Of a stretch of DNA of 64,000 nucleotides, positions 46,166 to 55,119 are shown piece after piece. The position numbers and the translations under genes are program-made. Within the stretch, counting starts at the first letter, position 1; each line of letters opens with the position of its first letter. This stretch comes from a virus (taxonomy: Duplodnaviria > Caudoviricetes): the IMG/VR virus record IMGVR_UViG_2609460236_000001, positions 1 through 64,000 of that record. The stretch is one strand, 5' to 3'. The notes under the pieces were generated by a model. The model was not told where the DNA came from and searched no databases. It saw nothing but the letters and a program-made list of their open reading frames with translations.

Positions 46166-47714
46166 GGGAATCGGCGGGGCGCTCGGCGCGGCGCTCTCCA
46201 TTATCCTGCCGCGTCGCTCTGCGAAGGGCGGCATGTCGATGCCTGGCACTTATAACCCGAGCGCGCCGACTCAGCTGCTCACGATGCCGACGTATCGTGA
46301 GCACTTGACCGACATCTTTAGCTCGCGCACAGCGAACGATTCGCGCACGCTGATCAAGACCCTGCTCGTCCAGGACCCGGACGTGTCGGCTGCAGCCAAC
46401 GCCTATCTGACCGTGGCCAATACCGACCTGATGGCAGTCGTCTACGACGTGAACGGGATGATCGACCGCGACGGCCAGAAGATCCTCAACGCAGTGATGC
46501 AGGGCTACGAGGTCCGAAACGACTACTCCAAGGGCTTTGACTTCAGGCCGTCGTTCAAGGAACTGGCCGAGAACTTCCGGTACATGATCCTCGCGGGCGG
46601 ATCGTTGCCGTGCGAAATGGTGCTTGACAAGACCTTCGTGCCGACCGAATTTCGCATGCTCGATCCCAAGACCCTCTGGTGGATCGAACCTCAACCGGGT
46701 GTCTTCACGCCTGAGCAACGCACGTCGGCGGGTGACACCATCGACCTGACCATTCCGACGTTCTTCTGTAAGTTCTTCCGGCGTGACCCGACGACGATCT
46801 ACACCTACTCGCCGTTTGTTTCCGCGATCAACACGATCGCCGGCCGGCAGCAGGTGATCAACGACCTGTACCGGATCATGCAGTTGACCGGATACCCGCG
46901 TCTCGAAGTGAAGGTGCTGGAAGACGTCATCACGCGCAATGCGCCTCTCGACACGAAAGCCAACCCCGTCAAGTTGCAGCAATACGTCGCAAGTGTGCTA
47001 AACGGGATCAGTGGCCAGATCGCGAACATCAGACCGGATCAGGCGTTCATCCATACGGACTCGTCAGAGGTAAAGATGATCAACGACAAGGCGCCGGGGA
47101 TGGGTATCGACATCTCGTCGATCATAGAGACGCTGAACGCACAGAATCAAGCCGGCCTGCGCACGATGGGGACTATTCTCGGTCGAGGCAACGCTGGCGT
47201 GAACACAGCCTCGGTCGAAGCGCGTCTCTTCAGCATGACGGCCGAAGAGATCAACCAGCCGATCGCTGACCTGTTCTCGGACATGTTGACGCTTGCGATC
47301 CGCCTGCAAGGATCGCAGTCCCGCGTAGTGTGCAAGTTCCGCCCTGCCGAGATGCGCCCGCTTACCGAACTGGAACCACAGCTCACGATGCGTGCGTCGC
47401 GCCTGAAGGCCGACCTGTCGCTGGGCATCATCGACGATGACGAGTACCACCTTGAGATGTACGGACGCATTCGACCCGACTCAGCCCCAATCCTCAGTGG
47501 TACGAACTTCATGCCTGGAACGAACGCCCAGGCCATGACCGCTCAAGACAGTCTTGACCAGCCGAACGCTGGTGGTTCTGGAGGAGCGTCTGGAAAGACG
47601 AACGGCCCGCACGGCCCTGACGTCAGCAAGGTCAGCCCCAACTCCGACCCGCTCGGCCGGTCGCTTTCTTCAAAAGGCTCAAAGTCTGCCGCGAGTAACG
47701 CGGTGAAGCCCTAA
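46131..47714 (+). CDS. Portal protein
   Basis: 527 aa directly after terL; size and position. Confidence 0.75.
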   Translation: MATTTTPNSSSKGIGGALGAALSIILPRRSAKGGMSMPGTYNPSAPTQLLTMPTYREHLTDIFSSRTANDSRTLIKTLLVQDPDVSAAANAYLTVANTDLMAVVYDVNGMIDRDGQKILNAVMQGYEVRNDYSKGFDFRPSFKELAENFRYMILAGGSLPCEMVLDKTFVPTEFRMLDPKTLWWIEPQPGVFTPEQRTSAGDTIDLTIPTFFCKFFRRDPTTIYTYSPFVSAINTIAGRQQVINDLYRIMQLTGYPRLEVKVLEDVITRNAPLDTKANPVKLQQYVASVLNGISGQIANIRPDQAFIHTDSSEVKMINDKAPGMGIDISSIIETLNAQNQAGLRTMGTILGRGNAGVNTASVEARLFSMTAEEINQPIADLFSDMLTLAIRLQGSQSRVVCKFRPAEMRPLTELEPQLTMRASRLKADLSLGIIDDDEYHLEMYGRIRPDSAPILSGTNFMPGTNAQAMTAQDSLDQPNAGGSGGASGKTNGPHGPDVSKVSPNSDPLGRSLSSKGSKSAASNAVKP

Positions 47715-47721
47715 AAACTCT

Positions 47722-47750
47722 TTGACTCTCATTTAGCTGGTCGAAATAAT
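47722..47750 (+). promoter_or_regulatory. Sigma70-like promoter for head genes
   Basis: TTGACT-17-AATAAT. Confidence 0.55.
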
Positions 47751-47793
47751 ACGGGCTACATTCACCGGGCAGCATTAAAAGCACCAAACTGGC

Positions 47794-48921
47794 ATGGCTA
47801 AGAGCGTTCCGATCACACAAAGAATTCAGAATCTGATCACCCGCAATAGCGGGGGTGATCAGGTCGACTTCAGCGCGATCGTCGTGTTCGAGGCCTCGGT
47901 CACTAACACGCGCCCGTTGACGAAGCCCGGTTCGATTTTCGACAAAGGCCAGATCCAGGTCGACACGCTCAACCAGATGGCCAGCTACCTCAACAGTGGC
48001 GGCTTCGTCCCCCTTCAGACCCTTCACCCGAACGGAGACGAACTCCCCCTCGGTCGTTTTTTCTACGGTGAAGTCCTCCCGTCGACGCTCGGTGACGGAT
48101 CGAGCGAACTGGTCTGTCTTTTCTACTTGCCGAAAGACGACTCGAATGTCCCTAAGCTCGAAAACGGAATTATCGACGAAGTCAGCGTCGGTTTTGTCGG
48201 TCAACAACTGCTCTGTTCGAAATGCAGCTGGGACTGGCGCGGTCCGGAAGCCAGCTTCTCAAACTTCTACGACCGCGTGTGCGGGAATGATCACGTGCTC
48301 GGCGAAGACGGCGCGTATCTGAAGATCAACGGGCTGGATCGCTGGACTGAAACATCGCTCGTGTCGAAAGGCGCGGCGAACAACGCGAAGATCTTGGGCC
48401 GCACGAAGCAGCGGCTCGGCCAAGAGCAGTACGACCGCTTGGCAGCTTCGGGCGTCGCACCCGAGCATTTGATGCTGATTGCCACCACCACCACATCCCC
48501 TCGGAGTCCGAAGACGATGGATAAGGAACTGATCGAAGAACTGGCCAACCTGAAGGCTGGCCAAAAGATCCACGAACACACGATTTCGCTGAAAGACGCA
48601 GAAATCACGGCGCTCAAGACGACCAACGAGGCGTTGAGCACCGAGAACAAGACGCTGAAGGAAGGCACCGAGCTGAAGGCTGCGCAAACCTCGCTGGCCG
48701 AGTCGCAAGCGAAGGTGACGGAGCTGGAAGCTTCGGCAAAGACTGCTGAAACCGAGGTCGCCGATCTGAAGGCGAAGCTCGCGACCGCAGAAGCGCAGGT
48801 TGAAGTCCTGAAGGCGGGCGCTGGCAACGGCGGCCGCTCACAAGGTTCCGACACCGGCACTGGTGCAACGAAGGGGACGACGCTTCACGCGTCGAGCGCG
48901 TTCAAGTCCGCGCCGCGTTAA
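47794..48921 (+). CDS. Prohead protease with C-terminal coiled-coil scaffold
   Basis: LH...LPLGR, EVSVGF, CSKC, ETSLV..GA; heptad-rich C-terminus with possible internal start MDKEL. Confidence 0.75.
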   Translation: MAKSVPITQRIQNLITRNSGGDQVDFSAIVVFEASVTNTRPLTKPGSIFDKGQIQVDTLNQMASYLNSGGFVPLQTLHPNGDELPLGRFFYGEVLPSTLGDGSSELVCLFYLPKDDSNVPKLENGIIDEVSVGFVGQQLLCSKCSWDWRGPEASFSNFYDRVCGNDHVLGEDGAYLKINGLDRWTETSLVSKGAANNAKILGRTKQRLGQEQYDRLAASGVAPEHLMLIATTTTSPRSPKTMDKELIEELANLKAGQKIHEHTISLKDAEITALKTTNEALSTENKTLKEGTELKAAQTSLAESQAKVTELEASAKTAETEVADLKAKLATAEAQVEVLKAGAGNGGRSQGSDTGTGATKGTTLHASSAFKSAPR

Positions 48922-48948
48922 GCGAACCCGCAACACGAGAGGTAATTC

Positions 48949-49371
48949 ATGAGCAACGCTATCGGTAACGGCGTCTCCCTTCGTGGTCTCTACGATGAGG
49001 ATTCGCAGTATCCGTTCAACTTGGCCGCAGGCATCAAGAAAGGCCAGGACGAAGGCAAGGCCGTCTCGATCGACCCGACCGCGCCGAACACGGTGAAGCT
49101 GGCCGGCGACGGCGACCTGCTGGCCGGCCGACTTGAAACGATCGAAAACCGCGTGGCCGAAGGCCTGAACGTGGGCACGGTCTCGCTGGAAGGTGGCCTC
49201 GACTTCTTGGTCAAAGCGGGCTACGCCGCGACGCCGGGTGACCGCCTCGTCGGCGGTGGCGGCGGCACGGTTCGCAAGGCAGACCCTGCGAAGGACGCAT
49301 TCGCTGGCTACTCGCCCTGGTGCGTCGTCGAAGTGCTGGCCAGCGGCAACGTGGTCGCCATCGAGCTGTAA
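48949..49371 (+). CDS. Head decoration / capsid cement protein
   Basis: 140 aa Gly-rich beta protein between protease and capsid; GAGG RBS. Confidence 0.65.
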   Translation: MSNAIGNGVSLRGLYDEDSQYPFNLAAGIKKGQDEGKAVSIDPTAPNTVKLAGDGDLLAGRLETIENRVAEGLNVGTVSLEGGLDFLVKAGYAATPGDRLVGGGGGTVRKADPAKDAFAGYSPWCVVEVLASGNVVAIEL

Positions 49372-49380
49372 AGAACGGCG

Positions 49381-49469
49381 GCAGATGACCTCGCCCACCA
49401 CCGGGGTCATCTGCTGGAAAAGCTGCAAAACCCTCGTCAGTTCCGACCACCACCGGGCTGACGAGGGTT
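49381..49469 (+). promoter_or_regulatory. Tandem hairpins with NCCACCAC loops in the major capsid leader
   Basis: 49381-49414 (loop CCCACCAC) and 49429-49469 (loop ACCACCAC). Confidence 0.8.
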
Positions 49470-49496
49470 CAAAAACAACTGACAACGGATCAAAAC

Positions 49497-50690
49497 ATGG
49501 CAGATCTGATCGACATCGAACGCAAGGCCCCTGCGGAGGTACTTGCGAACCTCAAGCCGAGCGACGCGCTCGACACCCAGCGCTCGGTCGACGCTGGCAA
49601 GCGCCTCGTCCGCCTCTCCGCCGACGCTGGCCTGAACCTGCGTGACTACCTCACGCTCGCGATCGACCCGCGCAAGGCAGAGGACTCCGCACGCTACGAA
49701 GGTCTGAACGGCTACGAAGCCGCCCTCGCCTACCTGAACCTGCCAGTTCGCCAGGATCTGTCGCAAGGCGTCCTGCTGCAAGCCGCTTCGGAAACGTTCC
49801 AGACGTATCCCGGCACCCGCGCGATGTTCCCGGAAGTCATGGACGATATCCTGCGCTGGAAGAACCGCCAGGACCAGATCGAGCAAGTCGCCCCGCTCGT
49901 CGCGCAGTCGCGCACGATCAACGGCACCGAGATGATCTCGACGTTCGTCGAAGACGATTCGAACGAGCGCACGACGCACACGATCCCGGAACTGGGCCGC
50001 ATCCCGGTTCGCACGATCCGCACGTCACAACAGACGGTCGGCATCTTCAAACACGGCTCGGGCTATCGTACCTCGTACGAATTCAACCGCCGTGCATCGC
50101 TCGACATCATGACGCCGTTTGCAGCCCGCGTCGGCCGCGAACTGGAGATCTCGAAGGTGCGTGCCGCGACGGCCATCCTGATCAACGGCGACGGCGTCAA
50201 CGGTGCAGCCAGCGCGGTCAAGGTGTCGGATTTCGGTGGCGACGCCAGCAAGGCGTTCTCGTCGAACTACAAGGCGCTCGCGAAGTGGCTCATGGCCCGC
50301 GCCAAGGCCGGTTACCCGATCGACACGATCATCGGCAACTACGACATGTTCGTGGAACTGCTGTTCATGTTCCAGCCGGTGACGGGCATCTCGGGCGCGC
50401 ACGCGACCGACATCGAAGCGCTGGTCGCACAAGGCACGCCGAAGATCAACACGCAGGTGCCGATCCTCAACCAGTCGGTGAACTTCCACCTGTCGTCGGC
50501 AGTGCCGGAAGGCAAGCTGGTCGGCTTCACGAAGGCTGAAACGCTGGAAGAGCTGATCGAAGCCGGCTCGAACATCTCGGAAAACGAGCGTTCGATCCTC
50601 AACCAGTCGATCACCTACGTTCGTACGGAAAACACCGGCTACAAGCTGGCGTTCCCGGACACGCGCCAAGTCCTCGACGTGACGGCGTAA
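49497..50690 (+). CDS. Major capsid protein
   Basis: 397 aa, strong codon bias, E.GRIP, ILINGDG, followed by a terminator. Confidence 0.85.
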   Translation: MADLIDIERKAPAEVLANLKPSDALDTQRSVDAGKRLVRLSADAGLNLRDYLTLAIDPRKAEDSARYEGLNGYEAALAYLNLPVRQDLSQGVLLQAASETFQTYPGTRAMFPEVMDDILRWKNRQDQIEQVAPLVAQSRTINGTEMISTFVEDDSNERTTHTIPELGRIPVRTIRTSQQTVGIFKHGSGYRTSYEFNRRASLDIMTPFAARVGRELEISKVRAATAILINGDGVNGAASAVKVSDFGGDASKAFSSNYKALAKWLMARAKAGYPIDTIIGNYDMFVELLFMFQPVTGISGAHATDIEALVAQGTPKINTQVPILNQSVNFHLSSAVPEGKLVGFTKAETLEELIEAGSNISENERSILNQSITYVRTENTGYKLAFPDTRQVLDVTA

Positions 50691-50709
50691 GCCTCCGGTT
50701 GAGAGCCTG

Positions 50710-50739
50710 AAAGCCCGCCCCTCTCGGGCGGGCTTTTTT
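50710..50739 (+). terminator. Rho-independent terminator
   Basis: AAAGCCCGCCC / GGGCGGGCTTTTTT. Confidence 0.85.
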
Positions 50740-50757
50740 ATGCCCTTTCATAGATAG

Positions 50758-51093
50758 ATGATGAAGATGAAGAAGATCCTCGCACACACCACTGGCAAGT
50801 TCATGTTGCTCGACGGCATGAGCGGCGACGAACTGGACGCGTTCCGCCCTTCGGTCGTTCGTCAAACCCCGTTCATCAACACTCGTGTCGGTCTGAATCA
50901 GGTTGAGATCGTCGCGGAACTGAAGCCCGAGGCCACCGACGCCGAATACGTCCGCTTCTTGAAGGAAGCGGACGGCGACTTCGACGTCGCCAACGAATCC
51001 TTCCTCGCGGTGTATGGCATCGACGCAGAGCCGACCGAGGCGGGTGAAGACGCCGAAGCCGCACCGGCAACGTCCCGTCGTCGTCGCTCGTAA
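50758..51093 (+). CDS. Hypothetical virion-region protein
   Basis: About 110 aa after the capsid gene. Confidence 0.7.
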   Translation: MMKMKKILAHTTGKFMLLDGMSGDELDAFRPSVVRQTPFINTRVGLNQVEIVAELKPEATDAEYVRFLKEADGDFDVANESFLAVYGIDAEPTEAGEDAEAAPATSRRRRS

Positions 51094-51104
51094 GGAGACG
51101 CGCC

Positions 51105-51833
51105 ATGCAGTGGTTCCAGGCTGGTGAAGACCTCACCTTCGAAGTTGAGCTAATGGCCAGTGGCGTTCAGGCCCAGCCTGACGCCGGCTCCGTGACGTAC
51201 ACCGTGCGTGATCAGAGCGGCGCTGTCCTGGCCGGCCTGGACCACGCTGTGCTCGACGTACCGGGCACGACCGCCCATATCCTGCTACCGGCGAGCGCGA
51301 ACGGTATCGCCGCGGGAAACGACACCGAGACCCGCTTCGTCTCCCTCGCCTTCAAGACCTCGGGACAGAGCCGTCAGCAGCAGGTGGCCTATGGCCTGCA
51401 CCCCTTCATCCCGATGAGCGCCGATGCGGACGCTGTACGCGGTCTGATGGGGGTTTCCGTCGACGAGCTACCCGACGAGGCGATCGAGTTGATCCCGGCG
51501 TATTACTCGCTGCGCGCCGACTATGGTGCTGACTTCACGAACGCCCTGGTCGTCGGCGACAGCCGCACGCGCTCGGCCGCAAACCGCGCCCTCGCCGCGC
51601 GCACTGCGATTGATGCGCTGCCCTCCTTCCAGCTTCGGCTCGTGCAGTCGAAACAGGTTGAGAACTCGAACTTCTCCCGCTGGGACTGGGTCGACCTCGA
51701 CAAGCTGAAGGAAGACCTCACAACTCAACTCGGCGCGAGCCTTGCGCAACTGAGCGACACACTGGCCCGAACCGTCGCCGTGACGCCGACGATCTTCGTG
51801 GTCTCCGCCCCTACTGACCCGGTGACAGGCTAG
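51105..51833 (+). CDS. Putative head-tail adaptor
   Basis: AAGGAG RBS; position; ends PTDPVTG. Confidence 0.6.
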   Translation: MQWFQAGEDLTFEVELMASGVQAQPDAGSVTYTVRDQSGAVLAGLDHAVLDVPGTTAHILLPASANGIAAGNDTETRFVSLAFKTSGQSRQQQVAYGLHPFIPMSADADAVRGLMGVSVDELPDEAIELIPAYYSLRADYGADFTNALVVGDSRTRSAANRALAARTAIDALPSFQLRLVQSKQVENSNFSRWDWVDLDKLKEDLTTQLGASLAQLSDTLARTVAVTPTIFVVSAPTDPVTG

Positions 51834-51835
51834 TC

Positions 51836-52354
51836 ATGACCACTCTACCGCAGCTCACCCGAATCCTCGTGAACGTATCGCGGGGCAACGCCAAGGTGTA
51901 CGGGATCGTCTCTTCACCGTCCGCGAAGTCCTCGTCGGAGCAGTTCACGACGCCGCAGCGCATGCTTCATGTGCGCCGTGGCTCTGTAGCCAACCCAGGC
52001 GACACGGTCAACGACCTCGGCTTCTACTACGTCCTCGGGGATTTCAGCCGAACGGCCAACGATGCGATCTTGCGCATGTTTCATCTCCCGTTCAACGGAG
52101 ATGTCCAACGAATTTCACACCAGACTGACCCCGTTTCCGGCTTCGCGCGCAACGAAACGATATCGACGATCGGAAAGACGTGGTACGACGTTCGCCCCCT
52201 CGGCCAGACCACTGACGTCAGCAACTCCAAGCGTCAGCGCTATCGCATCATCACCGGGTTCCCGTTGCAAGAGGGCGACCTGATCGGGCCGAGCAACTAT
52301 CGCATCTCGAATGTGAAGTTCGAGCTGGGAGTTACCGTCGCCGAGGCGGAGTAA
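51836..52354 (+). CDS. Putative head-closure protein
   Basis: Position; beta-rich. Confidence 0.5.
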   Translation: MTTLPQLTRILVNVSRGNAKVYGIVSSPSAKSSSEQFTTPQRMLHVRRGSVANPGDTVNDLGFYYVLGDFSRTANDAILRMFHLPFNGDVQRISHQTDPVSGFARNETISTIGKTWYDVRPLGQTTDVSNSKRQRYRIITGFPLQEGDLIGPSNYRISNVKFELGVTVAEAE

Positions 52355-53115
52355 TGGCAGACGTCAAGGCTGTTCAAGACAGCGTGATGCAGTTCGTCCA
52401 GAACTTCATCTTCCAAAACGTCACGAACATCCTTGCTGACTACGCCGACAAGGTCTCGCTGAAGATCAAGGACGAGATCACGAAAAAGCTGAACTCGTTC
52501 TTCACCGATCTCGTCGGGACAGGTTCGATCGGCTCGTCCGAGCCACCTATGTGGCTCGATCAAGTCGGGGCACACTGGAACGAGCTGACTTACTTCTATC
52601 TCCATTACGAGAAGAATGATCACGTCAACTATTTCCAGTACAGCGTCCTCCCGCGCCGGGTGAAGAACAGCCCCGAGTCGCGTCGTATGCGCCGCAAGCA
52701 CATCGGTGACGCCAAGCAGATGAAGAACTCCCTGCGTAACGAGCTGATGCGTCTGGGCAACCCATCCCAGTATTTTGGCGAAGTCAAGGTGACGATCGAC
52801 GCGACGCGCATACAGAGTCTCGGCCGCTACCCCGCCGGGACGATGCGCAATGGGGTCAAGGTGGGTGGACGATACTACAGCCGCCCGTCCGACACTGTCC
52901 GCATCGTAGTCGACTGGCTCCCGAGGCTTAACAACATGAACGTGTTGATCGCGAACATGGTCGAGCAGTACCTGCCTGAGACAAACAACCTCGCCGCGAA
53001 GCTGACAAACAACCGGCGAGGCGCATACCGCCCGCTGGTGAGCGCCTACATCCTCTGGTATCAGCAGAACATGATCTTTCCGATCATCAACCGAGCAGTT
53101 GAACCATACCTATGA
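52354..53115 (+). CDS. Putative neck / tail-completion protein
   Basis: Position; coupled. Confidence 0.5.
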   Translation: MADVKAVQDSVMQFVQNFIFQNVTNILADYADKVSLKIKDEITKKLNSFFTDLVGTGSIGSSEPPMWLDQVGAHWNELTYFYLHYEKNDHVNYFQYSVLPRRVKNSPESRRMRRKHIGDAKQMKNSLRNELMRLGNPSQYFGEVKVTIDATRIQSLGRYPAGTMRNGVKVGGRYYSRPSDTVRIVVDWLPRLNNMNVLIANMVEQYLPETNNLAAKLTNNRRGAYRPLVSAYILWYQQNMIFPIINRAVEPYL

Positions 53116-53573
53116 AAAGCGAAAACCTCTATGGCGATCACCTGTCGAGTCTCCTGAGATTCTGCGCAGACCAAGCGACCAACTTTCAGGCCTCGACGGG
53201 CATATCGCTTCAACCCGTCTTCTTCGACTCGTACAACGACTACGACAAGCTACCATCCGGCAACCTGATCGGAGTCGCGCAGTATTCACTCGACTTTGAC
53301 GAACACCTGACGACGGTATCGGCTGTCGTCGGAGTCGCGACCGAGAACGATACGAACGACTTTAATCTCACGCGAGTGATGAGCGCACTGGTTCAGCGGC
53401 TGCTACCGACGAAGTCGATCGACGTGCTCGATGCGTTGAAGGGGGACAAACTGGGGACGATGGTGGTGCAAAACGGCGTTCGTGTCTTGCCCGTAGGTGG
53501 TGGGTTGGGACGATCCATGAAGTGGGTGGCGTTCATGGCATCGTCCACGGTTACTGCGGATCTTTCTTCGTAA
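53112..53573 (+). CDS. Putative tail terminator
   Basis: 153 aa, before the tail tube gene. Confidence 0.5.
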   Translation: MKSENLYGDHLSSLLRFCADQATNFQASTGISLQPVFFDSYNDYDKLPSGNLIGVAQYSLDFDEHLTTVSAVVGVATENDTNDFNLTRVMSALVQRLLPTKSIDVLDALKGDKLGTMVVQNGVRVLPVGGGLGRSMKWVAFMASSTVTADLSS

Positions 53574-53745
53574 TGCTGCTGATGAGCTTCCGATCGGCGC
53601 TCGTAGCATTGTCGATCGCGGTTTCAAGCAGATGGATGATCTCTGCATTCCGCGTTCGACGGTTAACTCTCGCACGCTGCTTGATCTGAACATCGAGCGT
53701 GATGGGGATGCGTACCGTAAAGGCCTCGCGCTCTTCCAACTCCAT
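53551..53745 (-). CDS. Arc-family ribbon-helix-helix DNA-binding protein
   Basis: FTVRIP..L...IK..A..N.RTRNAEII.LLE; GGAGG RBS. Confidence 0.85.
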   Translation of the reverse strand: MELEEREAFTVRIPITLDVQIKQRARVNRRTRNAEIIHLLETAIDNATSADRKLISSITKKDPQ

Positions 53746-53777
53746 TGCGTGGTTCCTCCATATACCAATAAAAACCT

Positions 53778-53806
53778 TTGATTCGCGAAGGTATCACACG
53801 TAGGAT
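53778..53806 (+). promoter_or_regulatory. Sigma70-like promoter for the tail tube gene, divergent from the Arc gene
   Basis: TTGATT-17-TAGGAT. Confidence 0.55.
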
Positions 53807-53840
53807 CGCTCCACCAGAATTTTAAACCGGAGAACTAACG

Positions 53841-54632
53841 ATGGCTGGTGAAGCAAAGTCCGAGAAGTTCATGCTGGGGTCGGCCACCGTGATGATCGGC
53901 CCCCAAACTGACCTGTTCAACCTCAATCCCGACGAGCACTCGATCGGTCTCGTGAAGAACTTCACAATCAGTGGCCAGCCGGCATACACCGAGCTGACGC
54001 AGGGCGTGAAGAACAGCGTTGTGTACTCGGTGATGACCGGCAACCCCGTCACCGCCACGATGGAAGTATTCGAGCACACGTCGAAGAACCTCGCGTACGG
54101 CTTGGGTCTCGACGGTTCGGCGCTGACGCCGTCCACGGTCAAGACCACGCTGAACGCAGACGTGCCTGCGAACGCCGCCGGCGCGGACACGCTGCCGGTC
54201 GCATCAGCCACCGGCTTCGCGGTCGGCGACTGGATTCAAGCGATCGTGCCTGGTTACAGCGACCGTATGCTCGTCGCCAAGGTCAAGACTATCGATTCGA
54301 CGGCGAAAACGCTGCAAGTCGTCAGCTCGCAGAAGTTCGACTACCAGTTGCCGAACGGTACGGTAGTCCAGAAGGTCAACGTGGTGGGTATCGGCTCGAA
54401 GGCTAACCAGCCGTTCCTTGCCGCGAAGGTGGTCGGCAACCTCGCCGACAACACGCCGGTTGCGCTGCTGATTCCCAAGATCCGCATCACGGGTGGCTTC
54501 ACGCTGGCGTTCAAGACCGACGCGTTCGGCAACCTGCCGTACAAGTTCCAGCCGTACGATCTGGTCTCGACGGACCCGTTCTACGACGACTTCCTGCCGT
54601 TCGGGCAAGCGATGCTGGCGTCGGCAAACTAA
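53841..54632 (+). CDS. Major tail (tube) protein
   Basis: 263 aa, strong codon bias, GGAG RBS, followed by a hairpin, chaperones and tape measure. Confidence 0.75.
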   Translation: MAGEAKSEKFMLGSATVMIGPQTDLFNLNPDEHSIGLVKNFTISGQPAYTELTQGVKNSVVYSVMTGNPVTATMEVFEHTSKNLAYGLGLDGSALTPSTVKTTLNADVPANAAGADTLPVASATGFAVGDWIQAIVPGYSDRMLVAKVKTIDSTAKTLQVVSSQKFDYQLPNGTVVQKVNVVGIGSKANQPFLAAKVVGNLADNTPVALLIPKIRITGGFTLAFKTDAFGNLPYKFQPYDLVSTDPFYDDFLPFGQAMLASAN

Positions 54633-54668
54633 GGTTCACGCCGGTACGGAGAAAAACCTTGAAGCACC

Positions 54669-54700
54669 AATCCCCACGACACATAATCGTGGGGATTTTT
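54669..54700 (+). terminator. Terminator overlapping a sigma70-like promoter (TTGAAG-17-CATAAT, 54659-54687)
   Basis: AATCCCCACGA / TCGTGGGGATT plus T-run. Confidence 0.7.
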
Positions 54701-54717
54701 CATTCGGAAACCAAAAC

Positions 54718-55119
54718 ATGTCGACCACCACCACGCGACAAGCCCCGCCCGCAAAACTCGACGTCACTCTGGCCGGCGAGAAGAAGAGCTTGTTCATGTC
54801 TTTTGGCTTGCTCAACGAACTGTGCCGGGGCATTGGCGATGCTCAAGGCGCATTGCAAGTCACGGCAAACTCTCAACTTCGTGATTTCGCCTTGATGGTT
54901 GTGCTTTCCGATCGAGACGAAGAAGGCAACGTCGTCAAGCCGATCAACGTCAATCGAATCGAAATGTCCATCGAAGACGGTGAACGTTTGCTCGACTGGG
55001 TGGCGCAGCACGCAACTGATTTTTTCGTGCGGACGATGGAGAGAATCGTCACGGGACACAAGGACAAGGAAACCCGGTTGAAGGCCCTGAAAGAGTTGGC
55101 CGAAAACCCGGCAAGCTAA
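54718..55119 (+). CDS. Tail assembly chaperone (gpG-like)
   Basis: Between tail tube and tape measure; slippery heptamer near its end. Confidence 0.75.
   Translation: MSTTTTRQAPPAKLDVTLAGEKKSLFMSFGLLNELCRGIGDAQGALQVTANSQLRDFALMVVLSDRDEEGNVVKPINVNRIEMSIEDGERLLDWVAQHATDFFVRTMERIVTGHKDKETRLKALKELAENPAS

Noticed and set aside
5981-54740. GTGGTGG as a Chi-like recombination signal
   Set aside because: Copies track start codons, transcription direction and hairpin loops rather than being spread through genes; not fully excluded.
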